Positions 57,493 through 64,000 of a stretch of 64,000 nt of DNA are shown in pieces. Origin of the DNA: an uncultured bacterium (GTDB taxonomy: Bacteria > Babelota > Babeliae > Babelales > JABCYS01); assembly GCA_963705705.1 (NCBI GenBank), contig CAVPKK010000003.1, positions 136,209 through 200,208 of the forward strand, read 5' to 3'. The translations under genes and the position numbers were made by a program. Each line of letters begins with the position of its first letter. Position 1 is the first letter of the stretch. The notes beneath the pieces are model-generated. The model saw nothing but the letters and a program-made list of their open reading frames with translations, ran no database searches and was not told the DNA's origin.

Positions 57493-58815
57493 TCATTTAG
57501 TTAAGTTGTTGTACAACTGCACATGGCGTTTAACCATTGCGGCATCATTAAATTCGCTCAAATCATCGCGGTGGTCACGCAGTCGCTTATACAATTCAGG
57601 CTGTTCAATGAGCTGGAGCATGCCATCTGCTAAAGCTCGCCAATCTTTTTGCGGATATAAAAATCCATTTTGACCATCCCGGATAACGTCGCTAATGCCA
57701 CCGGTATTGTAACTGAGCACTGGCAGTTTAAGCAAGCGCGCTTCCACGACCGCGCAAGGCAAGCCTTCCCATAATGAGCTGAAGGCAAATGCCTGCCAGT
57801 TGGTCATGATAGGTATCACATTATGCTGCCAGCCATGGAGTGTTATGGCCTGCATCATTTTATGCTCTACAATGCATGCCTCTATCTTTGGCCGCAGCAC
57901 ACCATCACCGACAATTTCCAATCGAGTGTTCGGATATTTCTCATGTACGAGTGCGAATGCTTTTATAAGATCAAATAAATTTTTTGGCGGTTTAAAACAT
58001 GCCACGGTACCAAACACAAAGATATCAGATTTAATTGTATCCATAGTTGTAACCGATGCCGGTGTAAATCTCTCCCAATCAATCGCCGCGCGAATAATTG
58101 AATATTTCTTGCCAAATCCGGGAAACAATTTTTTACCAGCTTCTACATCCGAAGAAGCAACACACACAAAATGAGTGGTTATAAAACTCGTTATTAATTC
58201 CAGAATATAAATTGGCAACCAGACCAACCATGGTTGATGCTCATGCAGCGAAGGACCGTGCACCGTATGCACACGATTTTTTATACCAGCGAACCACGCC
58301 GCCCAGCGACCCATGATACCCGCCTTAGGACAATGCGTATGCACCACCAGGGCACGTCCTGGCAATGTCCGCCATAGCTCATGTTCGCGCTTTGATCCTT
58401 CGATAAACTCAGGATGAGCGCGTTGTAGGTCCGCTTGGGACTTGCATGCGTCGGCGGAACCTGCTTTGCGGTCATTGGCTTCGGAGGCAGTCATATGTTC
58501 ATTAGATGATCTATTAATAGCATTTTCATGTTCGACTTGTTTTTTGATAGCACGTAGCGTGCGTACCATATTAAAAAAAGTTTTTATATCTCCCCAAATT
58601 AGAGAGAGCCCAGCTTCGCGTTTGAATGTATCGAGTAAAATTACATTGCCGTCCCCTTGCACAGCTTGTACTAATTCACCTTGATTGCCTGAGATGAGAA
58701 TTGCTTCGTTGCCATGCTCGCGAATACCTTTCACAAGCAATAGACACGCCTTCTGCGCGCCGCCGAGATCTAATTTGGTAATGATGTGAACGACGGTTAA
58801 TTTATTTTCTTGCAT
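57493..58815 (-). CDS. GT4 glycosyltransferase with ~60-aa repeat-derived insert
   Basis: LGGAQ, HTVHG, EGLPCAVVEA; insert between IKKQ and VVHTH. Confidence 0.88.
   Translation of the reverse strand: MQENKLTVVHIITKLDLGGAQKACLLLVKGIREHGNEAILISGNQGELVQAVQGDGNVILLDTFKREAGLSLIWGDIKTFFNMVRTLRAIKKQVEHENAINRSSNEHMTASEANDRKAGSADACKSQADLQRAHPEFIEGSKREHELWRTLPGRALVVHTHCPKAGIMGRWAAWFAGIKNRVHTVHGPSLHEHQPWLVWLPIYILELITSFITTHFVCVASSDVEAGKKLFPGFGKKYSIIRAAIDWERFTPASVTTMDTIKSDIFVFGTVACFKPPKNLFDLIKAFALVHEKYPNTRLEIVGDGVLRPKIEACIVEHKMMQAITLHGWQHNVIPIMTNWQAFAFSSLWEGLPCAVVEARLLKLPVLSYNTGGISDVIRDGQNGFLYPQKDWRALADGMLQLIEQPELYKRLRDHRDDLSEFNDAAMVKRHVQLYNNLTK
58344..58500. repeat. In-frame repeat mosaic: E palindrome (58344-58362), ATGTCCGCCATAGCTC (58365-58380), basic D (58386-58422), further GC-rich segment
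   Basis: Matches to 8465-8483, 44807-44822 (reverse complement) and 53508-53542. Confidence 0.8.
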
Positions 58816-58897
58816 CTTACGTACTCACGCTTAATAATCGATACCAACTGCCTTCAAAGAAGTTGATTGCACATTGGGTCCAGGGTTGAGACCCTGG

Positions 58898-59866
58898 CTA
58901 TTTTACCATGAAGATCATCATGAGAGATACGAGTGTCGCGTACACGATGAACGTATCCAGCAATGCCTGTACCAGCATGCTTGCGCGTGCAATAGCGCTA
59001 TATCGTTCGGGGGTAAGTGCGATCTCTCTACTTGCAACACTTGCAACTTTGCCCGAGCTGATGCTTGGCATGATTGCAGCAATGCCGGTGCAGGCTGCAG
59101 CGCTGATATAAATTGTGCCGCGCACGAATGCATCATGACTCTCATTGGACGCATACAATAATATTAAACCAACCACAAAGGCAAAAAGCAACGGCGTTTC
59201 TATGATCGCTTCACTAATAAAGGTGAAAGCAAATAGTTGCGGATAGGCGTCGCGGTTCAAGCCGAGGCCATTAACACTTTGACGGGCAAAGTGCCCAATG
59301 CCAATCAATGGTCCGATACTGCCAACGCCGACAACAAAACCTGCCGAAAGTAATCGAATGCCATCCAGAATATCAGTAATGCCAACTGCTTGGCTCTTAA
59401 TAAGCCATGCCATGATGAAGCCAAGTACAACCGGTGTTTGTAGTAGTGTGAGTGAGAGTAGTAATACATTGAGAATCTTTGAACTAAAAAATGGCTGACG
59501 TGCAACAGCATTACATGCTTCACGGGTAGGCCATGCAGATGTTATTCCAGTAGCCATGCCAGGAATTCCAAGTGCGCAGGCGATACCGAGCCAGGCAAGG
59601 CCAGATGCGGTAGTAGTAGCATTAGTTGGTGAAAACAGATCTAATATGAGCATTACAGCGAATGCAACGCCAAGCACGCCGGCAGTTTCCATGAGCGCCA
59701 TGCCAAGGATTACCATTTTCATGATTGAACCACGAGCCGCGGGTTGCGTATCTATTGCTATGATCGCACGTATAGCAGCCCGACTTTGACCCATCGTTAT
59801 ACCGATGGCCGGTAATGCGATGAGGGCGATGATGGTGATGATGTTAAATATGTAGCCTAAATCCAT
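58898..59866 (-). CDS. atpE: F-type ATP synthase subunit c, four hairpins fused
   Basis: Four c-like repeats with loops TQP, RQP, LNR and LTP; ion-site residues E(T), Q(T), E(T), D(T); downstream of atpB. Confidence 0.85.
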   Translation of the reverse strand: MDLGYIFNIITIIALIALPAIGITMGQSRAAIRAIIAIDTQPAARGSIMKMVILGMALMETAGVLGVAFAVMLILDLFSPTNATTTASGLAWLGIACALGIPGMATGITSAWPTREACNAVARQPFFSSKILNVLLLSLTLLQTPVVLGFIMAWLIKSQAVGITDILDGIRLLSAGFVVGVGSIGPLIGIGHFARQSVNGLGLNRDAYPQLFAFTFISEAIIETPLLFAFVVGLILLYASNESHDAFVRGTIYISAAACTGIAAIMPSISSGKVASVASREIALTPERYSAIARASMLVQALLDTFIVYATLVSLMMIFMVK

Positions 59867-59876
59867 AAACTTTTCT

Positions 59877-60273
59877 TTATACCGCCTCTGCGGCTTCTTG
59901 GTGTTTTGGTCCATGAGCAGGTGGTGGTTGAATACCGATAGCTAAATAGGTAAGCGTAAGCATATAAAATACGAATGCTTGAATGAGCCCTTCAAATATT
60001 CCGAAGAACAATGCGACTATTAAATTAAGTGGCAGCGTGACAGTTTCCCAATACCAAACACCGCCTTTGAGCATTTGCAGGATTTGCACAATGATAGTGC
60101 CACCAAAAATATTTCCGAATAAGCGGAATGAGATTGAAATAATCTGTGCTAATTTTCCAGTGATATGTAATGGCAATAAAAACCAAGGCGTTGCAAGCTC
60201 TCTAAAATACTCAATCACTCCATGAGCACTGATTGCACTTGCTTGTACGTAAAAAAATTGGATTGTGCCAAGT

Positions 60274-60280
<7 letters not shown>
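59877..60280 (-). CDS. atpB: F-type ATP synthase subunit a, 3' part only (5' lost at junction)
   Basis: SISFRLFGNIFGG, FEGLIQAFVFYMLT. Confidence 0.9.
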
Positions 60281-60611
<331 letters not shown>

Positions 60612-60619
60612 AGCCTTTT

Positions 60620-63600
60620 GGAGGATCCCGGCTGCAGCGCGATTCTCGGCAGCGAGCGCGTGCCGCCTTTTCCGGTCGATTGCGCGAAACCGGTTACCAC
60701 GCTGGCAATTTGACCCATCATGCTGCTGAGATTGGTAATGAGCGGATTAGCCTGCGCTAGCACGGCGGTGATGCCGCTGACAATCGGATTGGCCTTTTCA
60801 ATTGGCTTCTGCAGCGTATTGCCCGTCGCTTGCGTCGCAGCGTTCGTCGCCGTTGTCGCTTGCGCCATTGCATCGGAAAGCCCTAAGGTCTGTTCGATGA
60901 ATTGCTGCATGGCCGGATCGAGTTGATCCCAGCCGGGGAAGAGCGCATGAAGAATATCGGTCGCGGACTTTCCGGTCCCGGTAGGATTTTGCGCCGTGCC
61001 CTGCGTTTTCGTGATGATCTTCTGGATCGCGTCGTTCGCGTCATTGACGACCTTCTGCCAATACAACGTATCGCCGTTGGTAACGTTTTTGACGTTGCCG
61101 TTTGCCTCGTAGTTTTGGCCGTAGTTACCTTGCGCCGACGAGAAGTACTTGAGCTCCTCGGGCGTAAGTAGCGACGCCGCCATCTGCGGATTGTTCTTGA
61201 TGAACTGCGCGATGTAGGTCCCTTCGTCTTCGCCGCCGGTTGCGACTTGATGTTGGGATCTTTGGATCTGTGACGCCGCTCGCAGTGAACGGGCCGCCGC
61301 CGACGTTGGCAAGGCCCTGCGAGAGCCCTTGCGGGTTGTAAATGTCCGGATTGTCGTGCGCGTTCGTGTGCGGCCCAAACAAACCGCCGAGCAGCGATCC
61401 GCCGATGGCGCCAGAAAACACTTCCCCCACGGACCGGTCACGCCCAGTAGCGCGTCCAGGCCGAGGCCGCCGGCAAGTCCGCCGCCGACCGCGCCGCCGA
61501 TGGTGCTGTTGGTTTTGTTGCCGCCGGTGAAGTTCGCGAGCAGGTTCCCCATGATCGCGCCGCCCGCCGCGCTGATACCCAGGCCGTTGCCTATCGGATT
61601 GTTCAGGGACGTTAGCGGCCCACCGTTGGTCGGCTAATGTCGGCGAAAATAAACCGCCGCCGCTAAACAACCCAGCGAGGCCGGCATTACCGCCGCCGCC
61701 GCCGCCCGCAAGCGCCAGGATTCCACCACCGCCGCCGCCGCCGAATAGGCCGCCGCCACCGGTGAGTTGCATGATCCCTTGGATGATCGGCAACACGCCG
61801 AGGATTTTTTCGAGCCAACCAGCCAGGCCGGTCGTCTTGGTCGTCAGCAGCCCGATCCCGGCGACCATTTCAACGGCGCCCTGGCCGACGTTCCCTAAGT
61901 GGGCCCACGTCGTCGAGAACCAGTCGCCCATCTCTCTGAAAAGAACTTGCCGTGCGTGAGCCAATCGACGCCGGCCAAGAACGCCAGAAACTCGATGATC
62001 TTTCCGAACGAAAGTTGATTGTGCGCATCAAGCGCAGCGATGCCGCTGGTTAGACTCCAGTTGAGCCCATCGTCCGGATAGAGCGCACCGTATGAGCCCG
62101 CTCCGTATTCCTTGGACGTCGCACATGTCGTGGATGACGTTGAGTAGCGGCTTGGAATCGCCACCGAAGTCTGAAAGTAAATTATTGAGATACCGTAGCC
62201 GCTCGATGTGCACGCCGAGCAGGCTGACGACCGTCGCCATCACGTTGTAGAACGCGATCATGACGTTCGCTACGAACGTGAGCACTTGCGAGAGCGCACG
62301 TACGACCGGCAGCAGCACCGCGTCCATCATGGCCGCGATGACCTTAAAGAGATTGCCCACGATCGTGATGATGTCTTTAAACGAGCGCGTCTGTTCAAAG
62401 ACGGCCAGGAACATTTGACCAAGTGCCTGCACGGGACTCGCGCCCTGTTGGACGGCCGTCATGAACGCGTTGACCGCGGGGACGGCCTGCTGAACTTTGT
62501 CCTTCAGTTGCGTGAGCGGATTACTGTTCGTTTGCGCCTTTGCCAGATCGTTGGCAGCAATGGTGATGTTGGCATCCGCTTTCGCCTCGGCCTCTTTAAC
62601 ATTAAGCGCCTTGGATGCTTCGATCGCCTCGGTGCTGCTCGCGCCGAATTTCTCAATCGCTGCATTTAGAAGTGCGACGGCATTTGCAACGTCGACATCA
62701 GCCGCGGGCTTGTCCAGATCTGGCATCGTCGAGTTGGTCGCTCGCCGCTTGCACCGGCGAGGTCGAAATCCGTGCGGACCGCCGGACGCGGACGATCCCG
62801 TTCCGTTTCGGCGCTCTGGTATTCGCAAACGAATCGCGCATCGCAATCTCGGCCTTGAGGGCCTCAATTTGTTTGCGGTGCAGGTCCGCCTGCAGCGTTG
62901 CTATATCGGCGAGGTTCTTGTGCGCCTCGTCGCGCGCCTGAGCGCTGGGAATGCCGAAGGTCGTCGATCGCCTTCAGATGCTCACGGATGGCCGCTTCAA
63001 GAACCCGCTGCTGCGCGGCCATCTTCGGGTTGCCGTGGATCTTCGCTGCTTCGCTGGCCAGTTTTGCAACGGCTTGCGTTTGAACGTTGATCTGCTGCAC
63101 GTAGAGCGCGGCGATCTTGCCATTCTCTTGCGCACGCTTCTGATCGACGCGGATAAGCGAGGCTGCCTGGTCGTTCTCTTCTCTAGCGTTCCGCGGCTTA
63201 CGGTCTTTGACCGCCTCGCCGGCGTCGTCGAGGGCGGGTCAGCCGCGTCTTGTGCTGTTCGATATTGTCGCTGATACGCGCCAGACTGGCCGCGATCGCA
63301 TTCTTGAGGTTGTCGATCGCGTTGGTTTCGGCTTTGCCGGCCGTGTCTTTCGGCTTACCCTGACGCCCACCAACTTCCGTGTTGATGGTGGTATTTGTGT
63401 CGGCCGGATTGCTGTCGCCCCATGAGCTGCCGGCGCCACCCTTGCCGATCTTGCCTGGGTCACGGTGAATCCGCCGGTTGCCGGCGGTCCCCATGATCCG
63501 CTGGCTCCGTGCTGTGCGCCGGCCTTTGCGAGAGCATATCGATCAGATGGTCAGCCGCGCATTTCGCGCGTTACCGATCTGCTGCAGCCAGCCGACGAAC

Positions 63601-64000
63601 GTCGACATTCCCGGAATAGCGTTGTCGAACGCCGAGAGGATGTCGGCGACCGCGTCGATGATGTTGTGGAACTGATCGATGATAGCGCTGCACGCGGCAA
63701 GGATGACGGCCTGGATGCCGTTCCAGGCGTCAGCCGCGGCCGCTTTAACCTGATCCCAGTGCAGAATCAACTCGATAACCGCGGCAATGAGCAACGTGAT
63801 GCCGAGCGTCGCAACCGCTTCTGCGGTGACGACCTCGTACAGTGATGCGACCAGGGCTTGGAGCGTGGGAACGAATCCGACCGTCACGAAGTCGCGAGCG
63901 TCTCAAGGACCGTCGTAAATGCGCCGCCGGCAGCCATGTTTGCAAGGAACGCCGTACGAGCGCCATGAGCGCTCCGACAGCCTTTTGCGCGATGACCACC
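60620..64000 (-). pseudogene. GC-rich phage tape-measure-like gene broken by many frameshifts
   Basis: Minus-strand pieces LILHWDQVKAAAADAWNGIQ, Ala/Lys-rich helices, IVGNLFKVIAAMMDAVLLPVVRALSQVL and Gly-rich GGAIGGSLLGGLFG; the coding frame switches repeatedly. Confidence 0.65.

Overview
Bases 1 to ~60275 are a gene-dense, moderately AT-rich bacterial chromosome segment. Its content suggests a host-associated bacterium, probably Dependentiae/TM6 (Babelota); this is my inference from signal-peptide LRR/ankyrin proteins, PP2C-like proteins, a fused multi-hairpin ATP synthase c subunit and an archaeal-type ValRS. It carries housekeeping genes (ybeY, valS, mutL, prmC, pheT, lspA, glmU, mreB, rsmA, uppS, gpsA, murG, holB, tmk, atpE/atpB), tRNA-Glu, tRNA-Lys, RNase P RNA and scattered T2SS/T4P/competence genes. 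The most striking signal is a set of short palindromic repeats (core CCTGAG..T.TCGAAGG plus several partner modules). They nest inside each other and sit in-frame inside proteins (MutL, an MBL hydrolase, a GT4, MurG, a prepilin leader; an unrelated palindromic insert is in ValS), conceptually like Rickettsia RPEs. Candidate secreted effectors include two PP2C-fold proteins with Asp-to-Lys changes at metal ligands, two LRR paralogs and a Cys-His-Asp protease-like protein. At ~60275 atpB breaks into a frameshifted, eukaryote-like HPPD fragment, followed by a GC-rich, heavily frameshifted tape-measure-like gene. This end is most likely chimeric or low-accuracy read sequence.
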